A stretch of DNA of 64,000 nt, from positions 51,646,001 through 51,710,000 of the forward strand of contig OX597817.1 of assembly GCA_951406725.2 (NCBI GenBank), given 5' to 3'. The DNA is from Octopus vulgaris. Its lineage: Eukaryota. The notes beneath the pieces are model-generated. The model did not search any database. It was not told the DNA's origin and worked only from the letters and a program-made list of their open reading frames with translations. Shown here in pieces: positions 40,492-54,741 of this stretch (position 1 is its first letter; each line of letters starts with the position of its first letter). The position numbers and the translations under genes were made by a program.

Positions 40492-40533
<42 letters not shown>

Positions 40534-40586
40534 GTATTTGTGTATATATATATATATATATATGTATTTATGTATTTGTGTATTTG

Positions 40587-40620
<34 letters not shown>

Positions 40621-40680
40621 AGTGTGAGTGTGTGTACTCCACCTGCCTTCGTCTTTTGTTTATTTTCGTAAACCTTCCCG

Positions 40681-40714
<34 letters not shown>

Positions 40715-40890
40715 TAGGTGTGTGTCGTGTTCCATTATTTAATAAATGAAAAAAATATATGATAAAGAAACAAATGACTTAACGAATACTGAATGTAAAA
40801 ACAAACGGGAGACAGACAAAAGGTCTGTAACTCTTCATCAGTTATGGACCAATAGGTAGTATTCAGTTACCATACATACATATATATATA

Positions 40891-40982
40891 TATGATTTAT
40901 AAAAAAATATGTATTATTTGTTATTTATGTTTTGGTTTATGTCTATCACTGTTTGAGTTGCATAATAGTGGTTTTATCTCTA

Positions 40983-41028
<46 letters not shown>

Positions 41029-41121
41029 TAGAGATAAAAACCACTATTATGCAACTCAAACAGTGATAGACATAAACCAAAACATAAATAACAAATGATA
41101 CATATTTTTTTATAAATCATA
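40891..41121. repeat. ~100-bp inverted duplication centred on (TA)n
   Basis: Arms ~40891-40991 and ~41019-41121, nearly identical. Confidence 0.85.
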
Positions 41122-42122
41122 TAACTTATAACTAGATCTCAAAAAGTATAAAAATGAATGATATGACGGTATACATGTTGATGTACCGTGTACTAAGAAA
41201 GTAAGAAAGAGTTATTCTGTACTGTATACACACATACTAAAAACTAATTATACGTTTCCTTATATTTCAAATAGATATAGCGTTTAAGAACCTATGTCGA
41301 TTTTTATCTTCATTTTCTGTTTTGCCATGTTATTCGGAAGCGATCAATATTAAACGTTTTCGTTGATGTGAGAATTCCTTTTTCTGAGACGCTTTTTTTT
41401 ATATCGACATGCTAACGCTGTTTACGTTTTCCTATCACTTTGTGGATATGTGTGTGTGTAGAGGGGGGTGTCTGTGTAATTGTTTACTAGAGTAATCTTC
41501 TAATATGATTGTTATTGTAATGTTCTTAAATATTGTAATTTTGGTAACAATATCATCCTGACTGTTGCCCTGCAACGTATCATATATTAATAATCGAATT
41601 TTCTCACATATTTTGTTGTTTTGAATTCTCGTTCTTCAACGATTTTTCTGATCTGTTGACACTGCGGTGTTGATAGTTTGGCAGTATTCCGACCCCTTGA
41701 ATAGAAAATTTGAACCCGAATATATAATGGCGTCTCAGATCTACAATTGGACCAGCATACATTTTAGAGTATCACTCCGTACTTATTGTTAATCTTGCTC
41801 GAAGGAACGGCAATAAGAAGCGAGTACACATAGAGAACTTTCAACTTATACAGAGTAAATATTTCTCATCGGCATTTATATATAACAAACATTTCAAAAG
41901 GCACAACGCTAAGGTTAGCTAATCCTGTCCGGACAAACTGTCTTCCCATTTCACAAACAAGAAGCAGCCTAAATTCACATACCCTTCACACAATCCACGC
42001 TAAAACTGAAATCTGCTGATAGAATAAGTACTAGGGTTGCAACGAGTAGGTCAACGAACGGCGGTGCTCCAGCAAGGCTGCAGTCAAATGACTGAAACAA
42101 ATAAACACAGACACACAAACAT

Positions 42123-42201
<79 letters not shown>

Positions 42202-42877
42202 AATATTGAGGGAGATAAATTAATATTAATTTTAATATCAATTTAAAACCACGCTTCAGGAGTCTCTTAGCGCGCCAGAACCAAGACATTTGAAATTTTA
42301 TTCCCGATGTAATCAGTAAGACTAAGCACGTGTCTGTCTTGACACAGAGGGCTGGGGTTAGTCTTGCGGTTTGCATCTCGAGGACCGAATGTACTGATGA
42401 AGTCACGGACACTTGAATTCTCGTTCTTCAACGATTTTTCTGATCTGGCAGAAACGTTAGCACGTCGGGCGAACTGCTTAGGGGTATTTCGTCTGCCGCT
42501 GCGTTTTGAATTCAAATTCCGCCGAGGTCGACTTTACCTTTCATCCTTTCGGGGTCGATAAATTAAGTACCAGTTACGCACTGGGGTCGATCTAATTGAC
42601 TTAATCCCTTTGTCTGTCCTTGTTTGTCCCCTCTGTGTTTAGCCCCTTGTGGGCAATAAAGAAATAACTTGAATTATGCAAGTAATTCTTTTGTTAAGAC
42701 CGAAACCGAGGTATGCATTTAAGTCTGTTTTTTATTTAATTTTTCATATGTCCTGCCCGCCAAAGTTCGTTCTGGTGTTCGCTGAATTCTTCCTCTAGAG
42801 AATTTCCCTTGTAGTTTGATCGTTGATGATCTTCTAGCATTTTGGCCGGCTACCTAGCAGGCCAGCCCTGCCAATAT

Positions 42878-42917
<40 letters not shown>

Positions 42918-43259
42918 GCGGGGTTTCTTTCAGTTTCCGTCTACCAAATCCACTCACAAGGCTTTGGTCGGCCCGAGGATATAGTAGAAAACACTTGGCC
43001 AAGGTGCCACGCAGTGGGATTGAACTCGTGTGGTTGATAAGCATGCTACTTACCACACAGCCACTCCTGTGCCAATACATACATACATACATATATGTGT
43101 GTGTGTGTTTATATATATATGAAAATAAGACAAGGTAGAAAATGCTAAAATAATTTTATGAAAAACATTTTTGTACTGGTTTCAGTCATTGAGACATCTT
43201 CAAATTTATATACCTATCCACTCGAGTGTTCCACTTCAACCATCTACACACACACACAC

Positions 43260-43345
<86 letters not shown>

Positions 43346-44148
43346 TATAACTGCACCACAACCATCGCCACTACCACCACAACTATTGAATGTTTGTCGC
43401 AAACATATTACAAGCGGATTTCAAGACAATGAAATACGTTCTACAGAACACACGATCCTCTCAGGCCATTATAAAAAAAACCGTTCCCCAAATGTTCGCT
43501 TTACAATTTCTACGAGTATATTTAGCTTCTACTCTTCTTCTAATATTTCATTCAATATACAAGTGAGTCATTCAATGTACAACTGAGTCGTTGCATCGAT
43601 CTCCTTGTTCCTTATATTAAACAGGCCACATATTTTATATCCTGAATATATATATATTTGGATTATTGATTGTAAGCACTGTAACAATGCATTTTCCTAC
43701 TTTTTTTGCTTAGTATTCCGAGTTGGTCACATTGCTGTTGATAATTGTTCTTATTCATCTTTGTCTTCTACTTATTTTTATTGAGCCTTGTTGCTTTTAC
43801 AACAACAACAACAACTACTACAATTAGTGCTGCTGCTGTTACTGCCGCTGCTGCGCAATCATGGCGACAAACGTAATATGCTGTGAGATACGTTGCTTAT
43901 AATCGGTGTGATTATGGTGATGAGAGGTACGCAGACACACACACACGTCTATATACACCTATATCTATACATGTGTCTATATATAAACATATTTATTTAT
44001 TTATTTATATATATGTGTATGTGTGTATATATATATATATATTTGTATAAATATCTATAAATATATGTATATATATGTGTGTATACATATATATATATAT
44101 ATACACACACACATAAATAGCTACATATCCACGTATATGCACACACAG

Positions 44149-44196
<48 letters not shown>

Positions 44197-45680
44197 ATCT
44201 ATATACCTATATATATTTCTAGGTATATATGTACGCGCGCGCGCGCACACACACACACACGCACACACACACACACACACCAGCGGAACGGGAATCCAAT
44301 CATACTAAATAAACTATCCCACCCCTACCAGCATAACGTAGATAATTCGAAAAACATTCTTATTTCATAATAAAAATATTTTTCAAATTTGCTTTGATGT
44401 TTAATGCATTCTGTTACAGAAATCTCATTATGGTGTCTTTGATCCTAAAAATTCATGATTTACAATTTTTAAATAAATATCAAAATTTTATACTAAGGTT
44501 TGTAATCGGATGTATGTCGTCTCTAATATAGGATGTCAAATTAGGAGGAGTTTTGAACAATGTAGAATGACGAACCACTACGTTGCGAGTTCAAAGCACG
44601 CCGACGTCGAATTTGTTTTAAATTTTCCTCCAGTTTGATAGAATAAATTGTAGTTGAGTATTGGGTCCATCAGAATTAGGCGATTCCGAGTGACCCTTGG
44701 GATGTCGGAGCTTCGGCCTAGTTTACTGGATTTTCGACTTATGTTAGCGAGAGTACGTTTGGCACCAGAGGCTAACACACACAGGTATGTACGACACACA
44801 CGCACACACATGAAATGCATGTTAGAACCAGTAGCTAATGACACCTTTAAAAACAAGGAATACGGGTAGAACATGCCAATGAAAACAGAAAGGCGGGGAG
44901 CGAAATCCATTCACAGTTGTAAAGGTCTGCTGCCCAGCAGATGTTAGAGTACGATCAAAAGTCCAGGAATAAAAGAAAATTTATGGTGAATTAATGCGGA
45001 CTTTACATTTCTTGTACCCTGGCTATGAATTCCCATTTGTGCTAATCATCATAGGTGCATTCGATTATGTACCAGCAGATTTATGCAAAAACTCAGAAAT
45101 ACTTGGGTCCTTGAATAAAAAGCAAAAGTAAACCCGTGACTATAGCAGAAGACACTTGCCGAAGGTGCCACGGATTGGGACCGAACTCTGAATCATTTGG
45201 TTGGGAAGCAAACTTCATACCACACTTACACACCTGCATCTGTTTGTTTATTAAATACTAATATGTTTATCGAGATTTATTCTGTTTTCCTTTTTCTCAT
45301 GAATTCGTCGATGCCATGTAACTCTAAACCAAGAGAAAAAGAAAAAAGAAAAATTCAAAATCGTTTTATGTTACGATAGCAATCATATTGAGTTCTGTAC
45401 TATATCAAAAAACAAAAAAAAAAGACAGACATGCGTGTTTCAATATTTAATTTTTGAGATATCATCGCCTATCCATGTATATTAATTTTATGAATGCAGA
45501 GATCAGCTACAAACGAAAAATCTGCACGATCTGCACAGCCATATCCAATTTTTTAAAAGTATTTTCTATCTTTGCTGCCTCTCTCCTTCCTCCTCTCATT
45601 CGACATCTCTCTATCTATCTGTTTATATATCTATCTATCTATCTATCTTTGTATTATACATGTAAACTATTTATTTAGTG

Positions 45681-46058
45681 AAGGTGCGATGGCCCAGTGG
45701 TAAGAGCAGCGGACTCGCGGTCGTTAGATTGTGGCTTCGATTCCCAGACCGGGCATTGTGATTGTTTATTGAGCGAAAACACCTAAAGTTCCACGAGGCT
45801 CAGGCACAGGGTAGTGGAGCAACCTGCTGTAGTTTTTCCCCACAACTTTATCTCATTCTTTATTCCTGTTCCTCTTGTACCTGTATTTCAAACGACCAGC
45901 CTTGTCACACTCTGTGTTAAGCTGAATCTCCCCGTGACCTACGTTAAGGGTACAAGTGCCTGTGGAGTGCTCAGCCACTTGCACGTTAATTTCACGAGCA
46001 GGTTGTTCTGTTGATCAGATCAAATGGAACCCTTGATGTAACGGACGCAGTGCCACGA
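45681..46058 (+). mobile_element. SINE family C head with alternative tail
   Basis: Head matches 5862 and 27268; sequence after ~45870 is unrelated to their tails. Confidence 0.8.
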
Positions 46059-46469
46059 TTATTTATATACTATATAAATATACCTAACTTCCGAAGGGTT
46101 GCAGCTGTTTCACAACCTCCATAATGTAGTATAGATTTATTTCCCAATTGATTAGTATGTAGACTGATAGCCGAGTTCATACGAAGAGCCTACTGTCACA
46201 AATATTCTGTATTAGAAGAATAATAGTTTTTAATATTCATTTTATTCCGGTGAATATTCAAATTATCAGTCATATGTGTTTCTACGAGTGTGTTTACACG
46301 CACACTCACACACACATACACAATTGTATATATATATATATATATACATACATACATATTTGTGGGCGTATGTATGTATGTACATGTATATTATGAATAT
46401 ATATATATATATGTAAAGATATGTATACATATATACATATGGGGGTATATATAACCGATGGAGTACTTG

Positions 46470-46501
<32 letters not shown>

Positions 46502-46666
46502 CATATCTATCTGTATATATGTTTATATACATATAGTCTGTTGACTATTTTTTCTTTCTCACTGGACCGGTGGTGGCGAAAAATTTCTCTTGAATTTTTG
46601 CTACCCTGATATTAATTAACATATGTATATGTATATATATATATACACAAGTATTATGTATATATA

Positions 46667-48268
46667 CAGTTGCGGCCAAAATGTTCAGAACGGCATTGTT
46701 TTCGTCAGAAAAGTAGGTATAAGAGTTGTTTTATATTCTATAATTTTCACAGACAATAAATACGATATTATTTGTTATTGCCTGAGATTTCGGTGTAATT
46801 TGGGAGGATAATAAAAAGTTATGGATGATTTAGTGATTTACTGCAAAACCCGTGGCGGCCAAAATGATCAGAACGGTTGCTTTTACTCCGTGTTTTAGTA
46901 TATTTAACCGGCGAATTTGAATTTGTTTACGTGACGGTTCGTTTACTAAACATTAGTAGGAATATTTGCAGTGTACTTTGTTAATATAATGCCACTTACT
47001 CCGTTACCAATTCGTCAGCAGATTATTAAGCTTCGAAGGAAGGATAATTTAAGTATTGGATCTATTGCAAAGATTGTTAACAAGTCAAAAAGTGTTGTAC
47101 ACGGTATTCTTAAGGTCTACGATGATTGTGGTTCGTGTGAAGCAAGAAAGTTTACAGGTAGGCCAAGAAAAACGACAAAGAGAGAAGATCGTGCTATGGT
47201 AAAGTTGGTTAAAAAGGACAGATTTAAAACTGCTGCTGCTGTTTCTCGGAAAATGAGCATTGTATTGAAGAAAACTTTATCTCGAAAGACAGTGTCTCGT
47301 CGTTTAGTTGAACATGACCTACAAGCAAGAGCACCTGCAGTGAATCCACTGATCAGCTCCAAGAATAAAAAGTGTCGTCTTACCTTTGCAACCGAACATG
47401 TGTTGTGGTCTCAAGAAAAATGGCAAACGGTGCATTTCAGTGATGAATCTAAGTTTATGTTATTTGGCTCAGATGGGAAAAGGTACGTTCGTAAAAAAGT
47501 AGGTGAAAAATTGTTACCTAAATGCCTTAAGACTAGTGTTAAATTCGGTAGAGGAAGTGTCATGGTTTGGGGAATGATATCTGGAGATGGTGTGGGCCCT
47601 TTGGTGCGATTACATGGAAATTAAAATGCAGGAGTTTATAAACAACTTGTAAAAGATCATGTCTTGCCTGTGCTGAGAAATTCAAGTAAGCGACCACCCA
47701 TATTCATGCAGGACAATGCCCCATGTCACAAGGCTAAGGTGGTCATGAACTTCTTCAAGGCTGAAAAGGTTATTGTTATGGATTGGCCAGCTCAAAACCC
47801 AGATCTCAATCCTATTGAAAATGTGTGGAATATTCTAGGAGAACGTTCGAAAACCAGAAATTCTAAAACAACTAAGCAATTATGGAATGCCCTTCAGGAA
47901 GAATGGAATAAGATCACCCAGCAAGAAATTGAAAATTTAATTTCCTCATGCAGTCGAAGATGTCAGAGTGAGATTGAAGCTAAAGGGCTTCACACTAAAT
48001 ATTAAATAATTCCAGTATTCTCTATCATTTTTGATTATTTTGTTATTTTTTCAACCGTTCTGATCATTTTGGCCGCCATGGGTTTTGCAGTAAATAACTA
48101 AATCATCCATAACTTTTGTATTATCCTCTCAAATTACACCAAAATCTCAGACAATAACATTGTATTTATTGTCTGTGAAAATTATAGAATATGAAACAAC
48201 TTTGATAATAACTTATACCTTCTTTTCTGACGAAAACAATGCCGTTCTGAACATTTTGGCCGCAACTG
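46667..48268 (+). mobile_element. Full-length Tc1-like DNA transposon, IR/DR type
   Basis: TA target duplication, CAGTTG ends, ~213-bp TIRs (46667-46879, 48052-48268), each with outer and inner gcggccaaaatg.tcagaacgg repeats. Confidence 0.95.
46989..48005 (+). pseudogene. Tc1 DD34E transposase with a single in-frame TAA (47622-47624)
   Basis: Both ORF-track segments are in the same frame; GRPRK, FSDESKF, VMVWG, QDNAPCH, PDLNPIE with 34 residues between D and E. Confidence 0.92.
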
Positions 48269-48527
48269 TACATATGTATATGTATACATATATATATATA
48301 TATATTATGTATATACGTACAAATATATATATACATACATATATATATATATATTATGTATATACATACATATATATATATATACATACATACATATATA
48401 TATATACATACATACATATATATATATACATACATACATATATATATATTATGTATATACATACATATATATATATATACATAAATACATATATATATAT
48501 TATGTATATACATACATATATATATAT

Positions 48528-48558
<31 letters not shown>

Positions 48559-48596
48559 CATACATATATATATATATATACATACATACATACATA

Positions 48597-49002
48597 TACT
48601 CTTACTCTTTTACTCTTTTACGTGTTTCAGTCATTTGACTGCGGCCATGCTGGAGCACCGCCTTTAATCGAGCAATTCGATCCCGGGACTTATTCTTTTG
48701 TAAGCCCAGTACTTATTCTATCGGTCTCTTTTGCCGAACCGCTAAGTAACGGGGACATAAACACACCAGCATCGGTTGTCAAGCAATGCTAGGGGGACAA
48801 ACACAGACACACATACACTCATATATATATACATATATACGACGGGCTTCTTTCAGTTTCCGTCTACCAAATCCACTCACAGGGCTTTGGTCGGCCCGAA
48901 GCTATAGTAGAAGACACTTGCCCAAGGTGCCACGCAGTGGAACTGAACCCGGAACTATGTGGTTGGTAAACAAGCTACTTACCACACAGCCACTTCTGCG
49001 CC
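48597..49002 (-). mobile_element. SINE family A, young full copy
   Basis: Close to the other full copies; (taaaagag)n tail. Confidence 0.95.
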
Positions 49003-49584
49003 ATACATATACATACATACATATATATATACATACATACATATACATACATACATATATATACATGCATACATATATATACATACATACATATATATAT
49101 ACATACATATATATATACATACATACATATATATATATACATACATACATATATATATATACATACATATATATGTATACATACATACATACATATATAT
49201 ATATATACATACATACATACATATATATATATACATACATACATATATATATATACATATATATACATACATACATACATATATATACATATATATACAT
49301 ACATATACATATATATACATACATACATACATATACATATATATACATACATACATATACATACATACATATACATATATATACATACATATACATATAT
49401 ATACATACATACATATACATATATATACATACATACATATACATATATATACATACATACATATATATACATACATATACATATATATACATACATACAT
49501 ATACATATATATACATACAAACATATACATATATATACATACATACATATACATACACACATATACATATATATACATACACAC

Positions 49585-49652
<68 letters not shown>

Positions 49653-49917
49653 AACAAATACTATACATTCTATGTAAACAAACAAGTATGTTTTCGAAAA
49701 GTTGAAGTGTATTGTAGAACAAGTAAAAAGATAAATTTTATTCAACTGAACAGTAATGTATTCTAGCCTTCTATTTATACTGTACAGTACTTACGCGTTG
49801 AATAATATTTATCTTTCTACTTGTTCAACAAATAATATGTACGAAGAAATCATATCGTTTTTTAGATCACAGCTTATAAATCCAACAATTGTTTCAATTG
49901 CATTAACATGTACATAT

Positions 49918-50082
49918 ATTTCGTTTTGGGATTTGGTTTGCCAGATTCTTTATATGAGTTCGTGTGTTGAAGCATATTCTGTTGTGTCTGGAGAGAGTCA
50001 TTTTCTTTTTGTGCCTCATAATGTGAGAGTGTTACATTATAAGGCACAAAAAGAAAATGACTCTCCCCAGATAGAACAGAAT
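49918..50082. repeat. Asymmetric fold-back insertion, family F copy 1
   Basis: 49-bp arms 49976-50024 and 50034-50082, with ~58-nt left extension. Confidence 0.8.
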
Positions 50083-50147
50083 GTACATATACCTATATAC
50101 ATATGTATCTGATTGCTGGAAATTTAACTTTATTCCTTTATACTGAA

Positions 50148-51465
50148 CTAGCAGAATTGCCCGGCGATGCTCGGGGCTGAATTGCTTGAAAGTACTGTTA
50201 ATGATTGCACTGAATTTTGATGATTATTCAGGCAAATATTGACATAAGTTTACAGTGGGAGATAAGGACTTAACGATCAAACGTGTGCCATTGCATTGTT
50301 TTGGAGGAACCAAATTTCTAATGAGCATTATAGGGGCACCAACTTTAAGTTTGAGAATGTGTGGTGGTAGTCCGGGGGCTCAAAGGAATTGAGTACCTCT
50401 ATTGGATAGTTGATGACGTCCTCTGGGTCAGGAGTTGTATCGATAGACTTATATACATAGACATCCCCAGGAATGAGTTTTAGCATTTCATCATTAATAT
50501 GGTGAACAGTTTTATTCCTCGGGGCCAGAATAGCCCTTTGGCCAATCCAATCCATATTCTGATAATTAGCTTGTAGATCTGGGAACACTGCATCTCTGAG
50601 ATCAGAAGGCGTTTTAACAATGGTACAAATGGAATCGATGGCAATATTACCATTTTCATCCCCTGGTATTTTGCCTTCGCCAAGTGCAAGGAGTGTGTGA
50701 GAAAATGCTGCTGATGTGATATCACGTCGCATATGAGCACGCATATTGGTGTGAAGTTTGAGAGTCTTCACCAGTGGCCACAATGTGGATGACTTAAGAC
50801 ACGCACTTACTGCATCAGTTCTAGTCCCTTTGGGAATAACGGGAAGTGTTTGTCGGAAGTCCCCTGAAAGAAGAAGTGTTATGCCTCCCATGGGAGCTGA
50901 AGAGTGTTTGATGTCTCTGAGAGATCTATCTAGTGCCTCAAGACCACCTCTGTGGGCCATCGTGCATTCATCCCAAACGATAAGCTTGCATCGTCTGAAG
51001 ACTTCTGCCTGATCGGAGCTGTTACTGATGTTGCAAGTTGGTGTCTCAGTCTTCGCTAAGTCAAGCGGAAGCTTGAAAGTGGAGTGAGCTGTCCTGCCGC
51101 CTGGCAACAAAGTAGCCGCAATTCCAGATGATGCCACAGCTAGGGCAATGCCTTGTGTTCGCCTAATATCAGCCAATATTAATTTGTTGAGAAAAGTTTT
51201 CCCAGTGCCCCCAGGAGCGTCCAGGGAAAATATCCCCACAGCTTTGGCCCGGACTGAATTAACAACGGAGTTGTAAGCGAACTTCTGTTCTGGAAGGAGC
51301 TTTGGCTCATTGTCGGCTATGTACTCGGCAAGCTCGTCAACATTAAAACATGTCTCACGCAGCAAATGTGAAGACAGAGTGTTTGTGCCTTCCCGGTTTG
51401 TTGAAGGTAGGCCATAGACCGGCAAGGCACTACCGCCCATATCAAGTACAGTATCTTCGAACGTA
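50148..51465 (-). mobile_element. Helitron deletion derivative with intact 3' terminus
   Basis: Helicase ORF, then hairpin cccgagcatcgccggg and CTAG|T at 50148. Confidence 0.9.
50328..51440 (-). CDS. Helitron PIF1-family helicase fragment
   Basis: [50 protein letters not shown]. Frameshift near 50370; C-terminal motifs absent. Confidence 0.9.
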   Translation of the reverse strand: MGGSALPVYGLPSTNREGTNTLSSHLLRETCFNVDELAEYIADNEPKLLPEQKFAYNSVVNSVRAKAVGIFSLDAPGGTGKTFLNKLILADIRRTQGIALAVASSGIAATLLPGGRTAHSTFKLPLDLAKTETPTCNISNSSDQAEVFRRCKLIVWDECTMAHRGGLEALDRSLRDIKHSSAPMGGITLLLSGDFRQTLPVIPKGTRTDAVSACLKSSTLWPLVKTLKLHTNMRAHMRRDITSAAFSHTLLALGEGKIPGDENGNIAIDSICTIVKTPSDLRDAVFPDLQANYQNMDWIGQRAILAPRNKTVHHINDEMLKLIPGDVYVYKSIDTTPDPEDVINYPIEVLNSFEPPDYHHTFSNLKLVPL

Positions 51466-53029
51466 GTTTATTACCACACAGCCACACCTGCCCCTATGTA
51501 TGTGTGTGTGTGTGTGTGTGTGTGTGAGTGTGTACGTGTGTGTGTATGGGTAGATATATTATGCATGTATATATGTGTATATATATGTACATATTACATA
51601 TACGTCTATATATATATATACACCTACACATAAAATACAAAATAGAAAGTTATATCTTGATATCGCTAGTGATAACAATACTCAAAATATATAACAGACT
51701 GGAATTGTAGGCCCGTCTCTTGCAATTTCGATCAATTGGATCTTGTCCTCCCTCTTGTATAGAAATGTACGGCTGCAGCGAAATTCATTTTTGGACTTTC
51801 TTCTTTCGAAGGCATTTTAACAAAAATGCTTCCGTAAAGACGGTGAAAATATTGTCAATTTCCCAAACAGGGACACAATTCAATTTTAAAACAATAACCA
51901 AAGCCCCTTCTCCGAAAGGGGAGGGTTACGGTTTACAATTATTTAACAAATGCAACACAACAACGTTTCCCTGATGAGGAACCAACAAACGTGATTACAA
52001 TAGTCAAACAGTAATAATAATAACAACAAACCTTTTTAATGTATCCCCATTTATGTGAAACCACTTATTCAAGTTCAAGTCATTGATGCAATTTTATACG
52101 AATTGCTAATACACACACACATAATAAGGGTGAAAAATTGAATATTAATTTGATTAATATGAATTGAAAACCAGTGGTGTAGCATATAAGACCATAGCGG
52201 ATCTTCTTCTAGCAAAAAGGATGACCAGTATTAATTGCTCATCCCTTTTATATAAATACTTTCACTTTAATTGTTGCACACTTGCAAAGAGAAAGGAGGA
52301 GAAAGTGTAGTGGTAATGGTAGGAGTGAAGCACTTGAAATAAAAGAGGGAAATCGTAAAATATTGATATTTCTCGAATTTTTGCTTAATTGGGGGTGAAA
52401 TTGAAAAAACTTTACATGCCATGACCCAATGGAATCTACTTGGAAAAATGATAGGTAAATTCCAATTGAAGAAATTCTATATTGTAGTATTGTATAAAAA
52501 ACGAACGGTTTGGGAGGCAGAGAAAATCTGCCTTTTATCATAAGAGATGCTTAACTGATATCTGCCAGGATTTTTAAATACCATTTATGTGTGTGTGTGT
52601 GTGTAAGGTATATGTTTCTTCTATTTCTTTTATTTCTCCCGCATTTAAGCCATGGCTGCTGCCATGCTGGAGTGCCACCTTGATTTTTGTTACCTTTCGA
52701 ACGGTCCCTTTATCGGGATGATTTCTTCTCATATCCTCATTGCTGCATGTGATTTTTACGTGTTTATCTTTTGTACAAGAGGAAGTTTAACACCATCGCC
52801 TTCGGGACGTTGGTTCGTCTTGTATTTTGGATAAGAGAATGTCTAAGACATCCACATCCGCATTGTGTGGGTATCAATTCTTTTCGCATTAGCAGAAACG
52901 TTAGCACGCCGGGCAAAATGGTTATCGGCATTAAGTTCCAGTTGCGTACAGGAGTCGTAATAGATTTAAACTCTAACTCCGAAATATCTGGCTTCGTGCC
53001 AAATTTGAAATCAATTCATATTATATTAT

Positions 53030-53399
53030 CTTTTTATTCTTTTATTTCTTTCAGTCATTTGACTGTAGCCATGCTGAAGCACCGCCTTTATAAACCTAGA
53101 ACTTATTCTATCGGTTCTTTTGCCGAACCGGTAGGTTACGGGGACGTAAACACACCAACATCGGTTGTCAAGTAATGGTGAGGGAACAAACACAGACACA
53201 CAACACATACACACACACACACATATATATATATATACGACAGGTTTCTTTCAGTTTCCGTCTACCGAATCCACCCACAAGACTTTGGTCGGCCCGAGGC
53301 TATAGTAGAGGACATTTGCTCAAGGTACGACGCAGTGTGGGGCTGAATGTGGAACCATGGGGTTGGTAGGCAAGCTACTTACCACACAACCACTCTTGC

Positions 53400-53400
<1 letters not shown>
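53030..53400 (-). mobile_element. SINE family A
   Basis: Colinear with the other copies. Further copies or fragments at 36478-36642, 40350-40495, 42915-43070, 54440-54925 and 63398-63790. Confidence 0.85.
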
Positions 53401-53433
<33 letters not shown>

Positions 53434-53434
53434 G

Positions 53435-53664
53435 TGTCTGGGGAGAGTCATTCACTTCTAATGCCATACTATTTAACACACTCACCTGTTCGATTGCCAT
53501 TCATCTATTTTTTCTAGAAAAAATATATAAGTAAATGAGTGGAAATCGAACCGATGAGTGTGTTAAAAACTATGGCACTAAAAGTGAATGACTCTCCCCA
53601 GACAATAAAATATGTTTCAACACACAAATTCACACGAAGAATCTTGCAAACTAAATACAAAATA
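53435..53664. repeat. Asymmetric fold-back insertion, family F copy 2
   Basis: 70-bp arms 53435-53504 and 53535-53604, with ~60-nt right extension homologous to 49918-49975. Confidence 0.8.
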
Positions 53665-53686
53665 TGTGTGTGTGTGCGTGTGTATG

Positions 53687-53754
<68 letters not shown>

Positions 53755-54638
53755 GTATTAATTTATAATGAAATATGTAATAGAAAATTTTTCGCAACTA
53801 GCTTTTCTTTCCATCATTGATGGCACACAGACACGTACATACACTCCCGCGCGCGTATCCACATACATACATACACTCACTCTTTCTCTCTCTCACACAC
53901 ACACACGTACTTAATAAACATCACACTAACTTTCTTTTCACTTTGTATACGGCTTTCTTGCACAGAAATACTATTACATTGTTCATAATCAATCAGTTGA
54001 TTTCAAAGGCAATGAAACAGGTATTTCAATAACGTCTACAACAAAATGTGTATTCGTAAAAGAAGTTTTAGCATTCAATTTGTTGTTGTTCTTGGGCTTC
54101 ATACGCTCTCTTTATTTATATGTTTGTAGGCGTATGAGTAAGTTTTCGTGGGTATTTTCGAGTTATATTTCTGAATCATATTTCCTATATAAATACAAAC
54201 TGTTACAAGTTTAAATATGCTTGAGGCATATTCGAACCCGGAAGAAAGTCACCCACTGTGCTTTGCCATAGAGAAAATTTCTTGATGTAGACAGAAAGGT
54301 AAAAACACCGAGTCAGTTTGCATTGCCCCTCCCACCAACCAGAATTTTTGGATGCATGCATTTCGGAATGGTTTTCTCCTCCTCAGCAGCAGAAACCGGA
54401 AATGTAGGCGTAAACGTAAATGTTTCCTGTGATATAGACATGATTATGTGGTTAAGAATCTCGCTTTAGCAACCATGTGGTCTCAGGTTCAGTACCACTG
54501 CGCGGTAGCTTGATTGAGTGGCCTCTACTGAAGTCTCAGCCCGGCCAATGCCTTGCGAGTAAATTTGGTAGACAGAAACTGCGTTGAAGCCCCTTCTACA
54601 TACGCGTGAGTGTATGTGTACGTGTGTGCATATACATG

Positions 54639-54741
<103 letters not shown>

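Noticed and set aside
40800-40848. Minus-strand CTGATGA-a-gag..ctc candidate
   Set aside because: GAAA is absent; too degenerate to call.
48786-49766. Long ORFs rich in YI/HT/CV/LS repeats (also 13030, 14995, 33928 and others)
   Set aside because: Stop-free microsatellite translations with no domain content.
51960-51990. CTGATGAG hammerhead candidate
   Set aside because: No matching GAAA or stems on the same strand.
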